Assembly: GCA_964016885.1 (NCBI GenBank)
Contig: OZ024740.1
Location: forward strand, 239,072,001 to 239,136,000
DNA from: Eledone cirrhosa
Taxonomy: Eukaryota
Length of the DNA: 64,000 bases
Direction: 5' to 3'
Part shown: piece after piece, positions 1 to 12,995 of the stretch
Position numbering within the stretch: the first letter of the stretch is position 1
How the letters are laid out: the number at the start of each line of letters is the position of its first letter
Translations under genes and position numbers: made by a program
Notes under the pieces: generated by a model
Database searches by the model: none
Seen by the model: only the letters and a program-made list of their open reading frames with translations
Told to the model about the DNA's origin: nothing

Positions 1-471
1 AGCATAGTTCAAAGAGAAAGAAAAAAATAAAAAATAAAAATATAACGTTAGAAAAAATATCAGTTGAAGATAAAAAAAAAAAAAAAAATCAGAAATAATG
101 GTACACGTATAGCGGACATTGGATATTTGATTGAGAAACGAAGCAAGTATGGCACAATGGAAGATTATATCAAGTTTCAACTGATTGTAGGAAAAGAAAT
201 CTATGTGGTTAGTATTATGAGACGCAGTCATAGTGATAGCGGTAACGGTGTGTGTGTGTGTGTGGGGGGGGGGGGGGGTTACTTCTAATACTTGCAATAT
301 ATATTTTCTTATACTTCACTTATTCAATATTTTCTTTTCATTTTTTTTTCTGGCAGCAGTGAATTAGTAGAGTTGTTACGGCGTCGGATTAAATCTTTCG
401 GAATTTTTTCTGGCTGAGTTCAAATCCCACCGAGGTCAATTTTGCCTTTCATTATTTTGAGGTTGATGAAG

Positions 472-660
472 GGTGGTGAATTGGCAGTATCGGTAGAGGG
501 TTGGACGCCATGCTTTCTAGCATAGTTACGTCCCTTTACAGTCTGAGTTCAAATCCCGCCGAGGTTAACTTTGCCTTTCATCCTTACGAGGTCGATAAAA
601 TAAAGTACCAGTAATGTACTGGGTAATTGCTGGCCCTGTGCCTAAAGTAGAAACAATTAT
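472..660 (+). mobile_element. tRNA-derived SINE, family A
   Basis: A-box-like TGGCAGTATCGG and B-box GAGTTCAAATCCC. The same body recurs many times, e.g. 1425-1640(-), 24940-25100(-), 27458-27660, 36250-36410, 59705-60030(-). Confidence 0.85.
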
Positions 661-829
661 TTTAAGGTTGATAAATAAAGTATCGTCCACTCTCAGCTGT
701 ATTCAGGCCTAGATTTAAAATGCTTCTGACAGCGCCCATACGACTCCAGGAGTTTCTTCTTCTTCTTCTTCTTCTTCTTCTTCTTCGCCCACTTATTCCC
801 GAGAGGGTTCAATCAGAAGCATCTGTATC

Positions 830-1000
830 CAAATGATTCGGTTAAGAAAAGAATCGCTGGACATATTTTACGGGCAAAGACAACCAGAAGAAAACCGAGA
901 GGTCGACTACGAGCAAGATTCTTGGATACAGATTCATAAGCTCGCGTGTGGGTCTAGCAGAATCATCTGGAGATGATTGCTTCTTTTATAACTTAGTCAA
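830..1000 (+). pseudogene. decayed RTE-type LINE C-terminal fragment
   Basis: Translates to IAGHILRAK..RRKPRGRLRARFLD, resembling the RTE GH..R / GRPR..D tail. Confidence 0.4.
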
Positions 1001-1424
1001 TGAAAAAGAACCAGAGGCAGTACGAATGACTTTTGCAGGTCTCTCTGAACTGGTTAAATTAATATAGTTGAGGTTCAGTAGTCGTACGGTGATGTCAGTT
1101 TAAAAAATAACAAAAATAATAAGCAACCGTGTGAGGTGAGGTAATTCTAAAAATCTATGAGGAATGGGAAAAACGTTTAGTGTGGGATTTTGAGGGTAAT
1201 ATAAAGTAGGACTGATGGGTAGATCACGTGGGACTGGATGGAGAAATAATGTATATAACAAGTTCAGAGGAGCAGAGGAAATTGTAATAATAATAATAAT
1301 AATAATTGTTTCTATTTTAGGCACAAGGCCAGCAATTACCCAGTACAATACTGGTACTTTATTTTATCGACCCCGTAAGGATGAAAGGCAAAGTTAACCT
1401 CGGAATAATAATAATAATGATAAT

Positions 1425-1640
1425 GGTTTCTTATATAGGTACAATGCCAGTAATTTGGGGGGAGGGGAAAGTCGATTAAATCGACCACAGTGCATGACTG
1501 GTACTTTATTTTATCGATCCCGTAAGGATGAAAGGCAAAGCTAACCTCGGCGGGATTTGAACTCAGAACGTAAAGGGCCGTAATTCAATGCCGCAAAGCA
1601 TAGTGTCCAACACTCTACCCATACTGCCAATCCCCCATCG
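1425..1640 (-). mobile_element. SINE family A (a partial tandem copy lies at 1305-1403)
   Basis: Reverse complement of the 472-660 body, including the B-box. Confidence 0.8.
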
Positions 1641-2374
1641 TTATAAACAAAAACGCAACCACTTATTTTTACCCTACCAGACAACCAACTGCAGTTATGG
1701 GAAAGTATAGAGGGAAAAAATACATGTCATGTTATTGTCAGGGATGTAGCTCAAACTAGTTTTGGGTAACGCAACAATGCTAATAAGGATAACATAAACA
1801 TATATACAACTTCTTAAGATTGTTGTCCACTTGCCAATTAACCGTATTATTACTCATATATCACAGCTAAGATACGCTAACCGTAATATATCACAACAAT
1901 ATTATACATCCCAATAGAGATCACAACTGTAGTATATATCATAGGCTTCCTTCGGTCACGAATGACTATGGATTTGAACCTAGAAAGTTTCCCTCTGAGC
2001 CAATACAGCTGAGTGAATTGGAACAACGTGAAATTAAGTGTCTTGCTCAAGGACACAACGTATTGCCCAGTTCTGTATTCAAACTCACAATTTCACGATT
2101 GTGAGCCCAACACTCTAATCACTAAGCCAAGCTTGCGGTATTCAGTCCGGCTCTCTTCGCTCTGAGTTCAAATACAGCTGAGGTCAACTTTGCTTTTCAC
2201 ACTTTGGGGTCGATACCAGTTCAATACTAGGGTCAAACTTTCCTCTCTTTCTCATTTTCCCTTTCTTGCTATCTGGAAGAACTCGGCTGTGTTCAGATCT
2301 GGAGTGCTTTAAAAATGCTCAAGACAAGCTGTTTGTCACGACAGCGGCCCTACGACTCCACTCGGCGTTATGGG

Positions 2375-2605
2375 TCTATACATACATACAAGATGGCTGC
2401 AACACGATTTCGAGTAATGCTATCGCATCACGGACGTGGCTCTTACTCTTGCTAGGCGCTTGCCTATGGCCACAATACCTTGCATTGCAACAAATGTCAC
2501 ATATCAAGCGATGCCTGTGCTTGAAGCTTTTTAAAGTGAGGAAAGGCTTTGCACGAGGCCAATCCCACTCTCTGAACATCGAATGCATTTTCCCCAAAAG
2601 AAGAA
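2375..2605 (-). mobile_element. old bipartite RTE-derived non-autonomous element
   Basis: 2510-2605 matches the RTE 5'UTR at 16208-16305. 2375-2420 matches the RTE 3' end (ACTCGAAA..GCAGCCATC + TATG repeats) seen at 35290-35400. Confidence 0.6.
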
Positions 2606-4417
2606 CTGGTCTACATGTGAAAATGGGTATAGCTTTCATTATGTAAAATCTCCCCATTTTGCCTCATTTCGTCCCGTTTTGGTGCCCTTTTTCATGGTAC
2701 TTCCCGTTTGGGTTTTTAGAGTTTGACGTGTCTGTAATTTGAACTTATAAGTAGAGTTATAACAAATAGTGTAAGGTATTTTGTCCAACGCTCTAACGAT
2801 TTTGCTAATCTTCCATCCCTGGGGTTAAATAGCAACACCAACAGGAGCGTTATTTTACCTAACTATGCTTCATAACAAAAATGTTTCACATGGCTTTTGC
2901 CTCATTGAATTTTAATAAAATCACCAACAAAAAGTAGAAATAACTTTTCTCAAATGAACACAGGAAGATGGTATAATGTCGATAGGTGATTGGGAATGGA
3001 CAAAAGAGGTGACAGTTGAGAAGCAGAATAATTAGAATTTCGAATAAAATGCCAGCGCTATTTAGTTACAGCCCTTTACGTTCTGAATTAAAATTCTGTC
3101 GCGGTCAACTTTTCTTTTAATCATTCCGGGGCCGATCAAATAAAATACAAGCCAAATACTGCGTCGATTCAATATTATTATAAAGCATCCTAGATAGAAT
3201 AGAAATATAATACAAGAGGAAGTCCAAGATCAAAATCGATCAATATCATATTAAGACAAATTCGATACATATAAAATTACGCTATGAAGAAGAAACAAAT
3301 ACAGAATTTAATATATTTAAATTCACAGAAAAAAACATACCTTTCTGAATATACCAATCTCCCGTTATATTTTCTCAAGCTGCTATTAGATGTAACGAGC
3401 TTTTAGTAGCAATCTAAGATCGTGGTCTGTCACGTTGGACATGTAATCTTCTAATGAGCCAACGATAGGATATAGTGTGCTTATATAAGGAACAATGTAA
3501 ACATTGACACTTGGGGAGGTAAGAAATCTGCTTGTTTACTTTGATACTTCTGTATGCAATCCCCAGGATCAGCCCACTCCAAACATACATCTCCACCCCA
3601 ACCTATTCCCCTATATTTCTCACCGTGTATGCTTAAACTAATTCAATTGAAACCTTCCCTGAATGTTCACACCCCAAGATTTGATATTTTCTCTAGAGAA
3701 AATTAATTAAATTTAAAAATGGCAGGGCTGGAAGCACTGTGTACACCTCTCTCAGTATAAACTTGTTTTACGATATATATATATATTCCAGTTTTTGAAT
3801 TTACCCACCCTACCGTGTTTTTCTCACTCAGCGGTCTTTCTCTATTTTGGAGGTCACACGTCATTCGACATAAAACTGCTAGATTCGGAAAGCTGGCAGC
3901 ATATGCAACTGTGTTCAGTTTAAGACCAAAGTGTTGAGTTTGGGCCACCCTGCTGATCAAATGCAATAGCCAGGTTGCCTAATATCTGCTGATATTTCGC
4001 AATTCTCTGCATATTGCAGTTTTAATAACAATCTTAGGATGAATATTGCATAGAAACGGAATTTGCCTAGGAGATACGTGAGCTATATTTACCAAAACAC
4101 TGCCATAGTACTCACTGAATAACTGTGTGTGCACTCTGAACTTTAAGATAGAGTTTCACAACCGCAAGTGACTGGGTCCTGGCCGGAAATCGCTGAAAAA
4201 AATACGTGGACTTTCGTATACTATATATTCTCATATATATATATATATATAGTAATAGTAATACATGTGAAAACTAAAATCCGAAGAGGGCTCAAAGATC
4301 CCGTTAAGGGTGAAAGCACCGCAGCTTTGCTTAAACTTTAATCTGTTATTTTAATATATATATATATATATATTTTTTTTCATACTTATACGCACACACA
4401 TACACACACACACACAC

Positions 4418-4452
<35 letters not shown>

Positions 4453-4455
<3 letters not shown>

Positions 4456-4835
4456 TAAATCCACCAATCAATGGTAGGGTCTAATCCGTATGAAGAACTC
4501 AATGTAATCCGTATGTAGAAGATGTCGTGAAGCAAAGTTTAAAATACAAAATTTTCAACGATATAATTCATTGGATACAGTCAAAAATAGAAATATTAAA
4601 ACAATGAAATTAAACAAAAAATGGTTAATTCATAGTAAAACTCATTATTTTACGATCGTTTCTGGGGGTAGCACCCCGTATGTCCATTCAATTATTGATC
4701 TATGTAAAATATATTACAAAATATCATAGTAAGAAAATATACACACGTCTTCACTACCCGCCGTCTTCAGAAAAAATCTTTTACTATGAGTTTTACTATG
4801 AATTAACCGTTTATGGTTTAATTTCATTGTTTTAA
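4453..4835 (-). mobile_element. short PLE 3'-end derivative with HHR, fold-back and tail
   Basis: Homologous to 47512-47862. Minus strand reads CTGAAGA (4770-4764)...GAAAC-GATC-GTA. Inverted repeat ~4595-4645/4786-4835; (AT)n on both sides. Confidence 0.75.
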
Positions 4836-4891
4836 TATATATATATATATACATATGTATATATATATGTATATATATATATATGTATATA

Positions 4892-5278
<387 letters not shown>

Positions 5279-5300
5279 AATTATATATATATATATATAT

Positions 5301-5762
5301 ACATGCACGCACCCCACCCCCTGTACACACCGGTTTCCCTTTTACCTGAATATGGAACCTCGTTCTTCCCCCAACTCTCACATTCACATCCACACACACA
5401 CACACACACACATACACAAACACCACCTTCAGCCCTCCCCGCTTGGACCCCCCGTCCCCCTCTCACCTCTCCAGCCCCCTCCACCCACTACCACCCCTAC
5501 ACGCCTCACAACCTTTCACCCCTTGTTTATGTTTATTTTTATTTGTACTTTAAAAAAATTGTTTTTCCTCCCTTTTCTCTCCCCCCCTTTTTTAAAAATC
5601 TCTTTCCACCACTCGCCCACACACCCTCGGAACTCTCTTCCTACCCACTGTTCTCCTGATGAAGGGCTTATGCCCAAACGTCCCCCCCTCTCAAGCGTGA
5701 AACTAAAAACCATATCATTTGTACTGCCTCTCTGTTTTTTGTTCTCTGTTCCTTTATTAAAC

Positions 5763-5765
<3 letters not shown>
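5301..5765 (+). mobile_element. PLE-type 3' end with degenerate HHR
   Basis: CTGATGA-A-GGGC-TTAT-GCCC-AAAC-GTC at 5656-5682 (G of GAAA missing). The downstream sequence resembles 39947-40055. Confidence 0.5.
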
Positions 5766-5859
<94 letters not shown>

Positions 5860-6882
5860 TACGTATATGCATACACGCGCACACACACATACACACAATA
5901 TATATAGGCATACACAAACATACAAACACTGTCAGTGGGCTTAAGTTCCGAACTCCCGACGTAAAGGAACGTGACTAAATACCGTAACATATTTCCATTA
6001 ATATTGATTAACTTAGGTACAATATCATACATTCTTTTAATTGCGGATTAAATCAACCCCAGTATATGACTGGCACATATTTTCATCGTCTCTTGGAAGT
6101 ATGGAAGCAAAAGTCGATCTCGGCGATATTTCAACTCAGAATGCAAAAGAACATAACTAAAACCCGGAATGTATTTTTTCCATCACTCTACCAGTTTTTT
6201 CTAATCCCCTCTTTAATCAAAATTAATAGATTAACTATAATAACTAATATACTTAATGCAAATAATACTGAAGATAAAGAGACCTAGACATAATGGGAAG
6301 TTTGCTTTTGGTTTTGATCCCTCAATGTTTAGTAGTTCTGAATTACAATAATCGATCAACTGCTCTCATTAACTTGGATTGTAATCAAAAACAGTATGTT
6401 GATATCGACATAATACATGTTATGTTGATAATGACATAATATATATTATATTGTGCAGTGATTATAAAATGTAATAAAAGTCAGTGGAATTTTGTCAAAT
6501 TATTACCACATCCTGGGCATAATAGAATACTTATAAGTTGAATGTATCTTCATCGAATTCTGACAGTGTGTAAATCAGATATGCATGGCTTGTAGACAAT
6601 CTAAAGAGTCACAAAATCGTAATACTTCCTCATCATGTTGGCTTTAAACCAAAACAAACTTCACAACAGTAAGTAAGCTTACAGACATATCATGTCATAT
6701 GCTGCGTGGAGAGGTATGATTTTAACGTAGATTCCACAAATACATACCAAGAAAATGTCTCATAGAAGAAAGATAAATCAAATGTAATACTTCGTCTTTG
6801 ATTATAATAAACGACATATCACACATTTTCGCTCTTATCATAATGATTTACCAATTACATTAAATACATACATACACACACA

Positions 6883-6943
<61 letters not shown>

Positions 6944-6962
6944 ATGTATATATATATGTATG

Positions 6963-7037
<75 letters not shown>

Positions 7038-7311
7038 ATAAATTATCGAGATTCGCATTTCGGCCCACGAAATAACGAAAAAACAACCTCCGAGATGTGC
7101 GGCAAGTGCTCAATGATTCAGATGAACCAGAGCTATAACAAACGTTAAAGGCCAAACACACTGAGACGATGGTTAAACAATCATTCGTATAGCCCCAAAA
7201 AACGATCAAGTAATTCGGGTATTGAAAATTTACCCGGATCCCTGGAAGGTTGGTAAAATCCAGTATATGGGTTTCTGCGGCTCCTAAATCAAGTACCGTC
7301 CGCCTACATAA

Positions 7312-7500
7312 ATAATTGTTTCTACTTTAGGCACAAGGCCAGCAATTACCCAGTGCATTACTGGTACTTTATTTTATCGACCCCGTAAGGATGAAAGGCA
7401 AAGTCAACCTCGGTGGGATTTGAACTCAGATCGTAAAGGGACGTAACTATGCTAGAAAGCATGGTGTCCATGCCCTCTACCGATACTGCCAATTCACCGC
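7312..7500 (-). mobile_element. SINE family A
   Basis: Full-length reverse copy; CATAAATAAT is repeated at both ends. Confidence 0.85.
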
Positions 7501-8148
7501 CATCATAAATAATGTCAGGCTTCTGGTAAGATGATTGAACAAGGAAGCCACTTTCTCAACAGGTTTTAGTTCAATGTTAATACAAGGACTGACTATTGCT
7601 GACCCCACGTGGGGATCGGCAAGGGAGGCAACCCCTATATCAGGCGAATGAATTCAGTTGTGTATATTTTTGCAAGAATGCAAAAACATCACAAATCGAA
7701 TAGAGTTCTCAACAGAGGGGTTAAAATTAACATAGGCTATTCATCAGTCAATAGAATCAACTAAAAAATTACCTGCATACCTCAATAGCTATATATATAT
7801 GATGTGCAGGTGGGAGAGAAGAATCAAGTTAACAACGTATACATTTTCATTCTCACGTGACGTGCGTTTCGCAATCGACCAACTCAATGTACGATCGATC
7901 ATAATCGATTGTGGATTCGAGATTCAAACTCGATCGTATTTTGAGCTGGTCGATTGTGAAACGCACGTCGCGCGAGAAAATATATGTATAAGATGTTAAA
8001 TGGATACTTCAGGCCCGCCTGCTTATTATTAACACTCAGCATATTACGGCTATTAATAACAACGACGATACAAACGACGAATCCTAAATTGGTAGCTTGA
8101 CGTAAAAGTATTGAGTGCTGAAACTCGTGCACCACCAGCAATTTTACG

Positions 8149-8179
<31 letters not shown>

Positions 8180-8239
8180 CATACATACATACATAAATAC
8201 ATACATACATGTTGATTGCTACTTCTATCAGAAGAGTGC

Positions 8240-8930
8240 CATCCCTTCATTGAACATTGTACGACCATGTGTACGCAGGTGACTTGTCAAACGAGCTTTT
8301 TTTTGCAAGCACATTCACAGATGTGACACTTGAACTATCTGTCTCCAGGTATTACCGGCTGGGGCGTATCTTCATGAATTCTACCTCTGCCCAGTCCACC
8401 AGCTGACTTGCAAATTAAGCCACACTATTTTCAAATGCACCGCTGAGGGCGTGGCGGTAGAAAGAAATACAAGTGGCTCGATTACTCTCTGACTCGTGTG
8501 AATTTATGTTTGACACAACCATCTCTTGATAGAAGAAATCGTCTACATACATCGCATCTCAATTCCTGCTGGATATTTGCAGACACTGCACTTGGCTCCC
8601 GCTTACAGAGTGAATGCTTCAAAGCAAATGTCCCACTCGCTTTTTCTCATAGACATCACATCCATACTTGATGATCATTCACCATGATGTACGGTCTTTA
8701 GCCAATGCCTCACAGTTCTTCATATCAATTTTCAAAGCTTTGAGATTGTCTTTTATAACATTCCTAAACCTCTTTTTTGGGTTACACTCTGGCCCTTTTC
8801 CTCTGGGCAGCTTCCCATAAAATAACTGTTTAGGCAGCCTTCCATCTTCCATTCTGATCGCATGACAAGCCCAATGTATCTGGTTCATAATAATCCGCTT
8901 TAGCATCACCTTTCGCATTTTATGTGAAAA
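8240..8930 (-). pseudogene. decayed RTE LINE 3' coding region
   Basis: ORF 8679-8918 (RMEDGRLPKQLFYG..PKKRF..DRTSW) is homologous to the end of ORF 12943-13941. Zinc-finger remnants follow, then an (ATGT)n tract. Confidence 0.75.
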
Positions 8931-9116
8931 CTAATGTAGGTAGAACATTCTTAGCTCTCCTAGACATTCACTTCCCTGTTGGCCATTGATACCGACAGAT
9001 ATTCAATCGCCGTACAGTGAAAATATGATACTCGTGTACCAATAACATTAAAACTCACATCCCCGGCAAACGCAAAAGCCCTCCAACGTACGGATGCTCA
9101 TGTAAAAGGCCAGAGA

Positions 9117-9626
9117 ATGCACATTAGACTAACAGTGCACATTAGACCGGCGGTGTTATATCAACCAGAAGTTACATCCACCAACCAAAATCACCAAACT
9201 GAAACCTGGACTTATGTCGGAATGTCCGAGAGCCGGTTCAAAAACCGATACCTGAACCATGAAACAACCTACAGATATCCTGACAAAAAACATGCCACTC
9301 AGCTCGCAAACCATGTATGGACCTTTAAAAATAACGGCACACCTTTTCCCATCAAATGGAGTATATTAGAAAAATCTACTCCATATGTTAAAGGGACAAA
9401 ATTTTGCCGAATATGTAACTCGGAAAAATGGAATATACTCGCTCAGCTGACTTCAGATAAACACTACTTAAATACATGCCTTGATTGCTTTAGCCGCTGT
9501 CCGCACGAAACGAAATACATTCTGATAAATGGTATAGACCTAACTAACCGCAATATCAAGGAATTCTTTGAATTACTAACTAATTTGTATGTCAAGGAAT
9601 TTGGATTCTTTGAGTTATTAATTTAG
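9117..9626 (+). pseudogene. PLE GIY-YIG endonuclease fragment
   Basis: VLY..TYVGMSESRFKNRYLNH..T.LA.HVW..CRICNSEK..LN..RCPH aligns with the C-terminus of ORF 52482-54842. Confidence 0.85.
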
Positions 9627-9809
9627 CATAACTTTCCCTACTCCTGATATTAGTTTTTCAATAGTTACCTCCCTTCAACCTATCTAACAATTTTGGTTAT
9701 TTATAGCTATTTATATCTATTTTAGAAATTACCTACTTTTTAAGAGCTCTCGGATAATCTTCCCCAAAGAAATTACATTCAACCACCAGACGCGATCTTT
9801 ATTTTCATA

Positions 9810-9859
9810 ACAGGCTGAATGAGTTAGGGTGCATAACCCAACGAAACTTAAGTACCTGT
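9810..9859 (+). ncRNA. type I hammerhead ribozyme (core with one extra nucleotide)
   Basis: ACAGG-CTGAATGA-GTTAGGGT/ACCCAAC-GAAAC-TTAA-GTA-CCTGT, downstream of the GIY-YIG ORF. Confidence 0.7.
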
Positions 9860-9900
9860 ATATGTCACTGATGTAACTAATTATATATATGTATATATAT

Positions 9901-10242
9901 AAAAGGAAAAAAGATGAAATCGAAAATGCAACTGGAGTCTTTTTAAGAATATTTATATGGTTCCTTTACCGGTTTCACAATTCTTATGCTTTTCAAAAGT
10001 AGAATTGAGATGGAGGGTTTGTGGTTTATTCGCATTTTTCTCGCACCCAGATGCGAGAAAAACCATAAACCCTCCATCTCAATTCTACTTTTGAAAAGCA
10101 TAAGAACTGCGAAACCGGTAAAGGAACCAAATAAATATTCCTTAAAAGACTCCAGTTGCATTTTCGATTTCATCTTTTTTCTCTTATACTTCCTTTCGTG
10201 TAGGACATCTCGTTTTTTTTCAATTTGAAAAAAAAACACCTC

Positions 10243-10252
<10 letters not shown>
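9901..10252. mobile_element. fold-back mini-element
   Basis: ~130-bp inverted arms (9907-10035/10050-10180), GAAAC-CG-GTA at 10111-10120, ~70-bp tail, inside an (AT)n tract. Confidence 0.7.
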
Positions 10253-10337
<85 letters not shown>

Positions 10338-10364
10338 GTTACATCATATATACACATGGACATA

Positions 10365-10505
10365 CTGGAAGAGGAAGACCGAGGTTAACATATGTTGATG
10401 CCCTAAGGACAGACTCTTGGAGACGCAGGATATGGCAGCGATAATGAGGGACAGAGACCGCTGGAGAGAACTCCTCCATGGATCTTGGGAATTTTACCCG
10501 CCCTA
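10365..10505 (+). pseudogene. RTE-type LINE 3' fragment
   Basis: GRGRPRLTYVDAL...MRDRDRWREL across a frameshift. Confidence 0.55.
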
Positions 10506-10510
10506 GACAC

Positions 10511-10542
<32 letters not shown>

Positions 10543-10574
10543 ATATCAACAGTCGATATATATATATATATATC

Positions 10575-10757
10575 AACAGTCGATCGACTGTTGCCAAATC
10601 GGACCGAGGAAACAATGTTTCCATTGGTCTTTCCAATTGCTAATACTATCTATCGGTCGCAACTCCAGGTAGAAGGAGCAACGTGAAATAAAGTGTCTTG
10701 CTCAAGGACATCGCCCGGTCCAGAAATCGAACTCACTACCTCACGATTGCGAATCCA

Positions 10758-10760
<3 letters not shown>
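10575..10760 (-). mobile_element. tRNA-derived SINE, family B
   Basis: Reverse match to 26761-26975 and 39411-39630. Confidence 0.75.
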
Positions 10761-10809
<49 letters not shown>

Positions 10810-10810
10810 A

Positions 10811-10887
<77 letters not shown>

Positions 10888-11228
10888 TCTTGATAAACGC
10901 TCACAAGCGAGAAACAGAAAGTCAGTCGATTACTCTCTGTTGTTTTTTGCCGAGAATAAGTAAGTGACATATTCACTACTTTAAAACTCACAGCGAATGG
11001 TCTTCAAAATGTTTTTAATTACAGTATATTGACAAATATACTATACATACATTCATGTATACATCGTTATTTCAGAGCACCAATACTAATACCATCTGTT
11101 AGACACGCAGTGACTAACAACAGAATGTTTTAATTCTGCGTGTCTGACATATATGCGTAGCTTGTGAATAACAAATTCAAGGGGTGTCGCTGGCCGTGAT
11201 GATCCCTGCCAAACATGTTTTGTAATGT

Positions 11229-11395
11229 ATCGTCTTATTGGCTAATTTCATCGTCTTATTGGATAATCAACGAGAGTAATTGTTGCTCAAAAGCATCCGC
11301 CATTTTGTTTGCACGTTTATTTATCTTTTCGCTTTCGAATCTTCCTCCTGTATTTCGTCGTTTATTATCAAAATATTTTTCTCGTTTTGGTAAGT
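11229..11395 (+). promoter_or_regulatory. candidate promoter and non-coding first exon
   Basis: Two reverse CCAAT boxes (ATTGG at 11237 and 11258), YY1-like CCGCCATTTT at 11297-11306, donor GTAAGT at 11390, then a very AT-rich tract. Confidence 0.35.
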
Positions 11396-11928
11396 TATAT
11401 TGTTTATTTATATATGATTTTAAAAATTTATATTAACTATTTTATTTTCAGTTCGTTATAACATGCTTATAATATTGGTTGTATCATATTTACTTGTATA
11501 TTTGTCCATATTATTGTTCGTTTTATGTTATATTATTTTATTATTATTATGTTAGATTATTTTTTTAATTATTATGTTAGATTATTTGTATATAATATTT
11601 AATTTTTATTAATTCAACTATAACAATTATTATGTAAAATATATTTATTTAATATTGATTGTTTTTTGTAGTTGTTTATATTAAAAGTCTGAAAATATTT
11701 TTATACATCTTACAATAATATTTATAAGATCATTTATAAAATAACAATTATATAATCTAATTACATTACAACGATAATTTATTATTAATATATATCATGT
11801 TTAACTAGAGTTATTACAAGCGTTGCCTTAAAAAATATTAAACTAGACCTGAAAAATGCGCAAGCTCAAAAGAGCCACAGAATGTTATAATAAAGTTTCA
11901 AAGTGTGGGCTTAGAGTTGTTACTCAAA

Positions 11929-12200
11929 AATATTGTAATCATTATCTATCGTACACTCTGTGGCATCCTTTTATAAAAAAGAGACTCATAACGAACTCAA
12001 GACGACACGATAATTATTTAAGTGAATTTATAATATAGAATTCGGTTTAAGTGCATTTCGTATTATTCATTACTAAACATCTAATATGAGATATTGAACA
12101 TTAGCTTAAATAATTATCGTGTCGTCTTGAGTTCGTTATGAGTCTCTTTTTTTTTTTATAAAAGGATGCCACAGAGTGTACGATAGATAAAGATTACAAT
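11929..12200. repeat. fold-back element
   Basis: ~95-bp inverted arms 11929-12022/12105-12200 ending in (AT)n. Confidence 0.7.
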
Positions 12201-12319
12201 ATATATATATATATATATGAATGTATGTATATATATATATATATATGATGGCTGCCCCCTCGTTATCGAGTATAGCCATTGCACGAGGAGAAAAAAAAAA
12301 AAAATAATAATAAATAAAA

Positions 12320-12371
<52 letters not shown>

Positions 12372-12548
12372 CATACACATATACACACACACATATACAC
12401 ACACACATACATTAATAACAATAATAATAATAATAACAATAACAACAACAATAACAACGACAACAACAATAATAATATACATATACATATATATATACAC
12501 ACACACGCACACACATAAGCATATCTACGCACACACACACGATAGCAA

Positions 12549-12995
12549 CTAACAGCGCTGCGATCGAATGTGGCTTTTTAGCCCAGCCAATGATCTAAAA
12601 TGTCTTGCACAGAGTCGGCAACCAAAACATTCACTGGGAATAGTCGGCTGTGGTTGGAGTTCGTGTACTTTTGCATGTCGCTTGAGCCCTCCTGCTGATT
12701 TACATTCTCTACCACATGTTTGGCAAGCATGATGAGTAGCATCTCCAACAGCAGCCTGGTAGTCAACCACTGGTCTTACTTTATGACTGTGAAGATGACT
12801 TTCGAGTCCAGCTTTGCTTAGGCAGAGTCTCGCACATACGCTGCATGTCAGCACCATAGGAGGACCCTCGCCGTCTGGAAGTGCAACAGCAATGCCCTTC
12901 CTCACATCCCGCTTTACTTTCTCGTATGCGATTCGAGATGCTTCAAAGGCAACTTTTCCCGCAAGTCTTTCTCCATTTATTACGATCAGCAGCAA
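12549..12995 (-). CDS. RTE C-terminus with three C2H2-type zinc fingers (frameshifted)
   Basis: CSVC..GLESHLHSH; CQTC..GLKRHAKVH; CRLC..GLKSHIRS. Confidence 0.75.
   Translation of the reverse strand: MLLIVINGERLAGKVAFEASRIAYEKVKRDVRKGIAVALPDGEGPPMVLTCSVCARLCLSKAGLESHLHSHKVRPVVDYQAAVGDATHHACQTCGRECKSAGGLKRHAKVHELQPQPTIPSECFGCRLCARHFRSLAGLKSHIRSQRC

Noticed and set aside
7598-7655. HDV-like ribozyme (GGCAAC...GGCGAAT)
   Set aside because: No P1/P2/P3 partners found; more likely a LINE 3'-end hairpin remnant.
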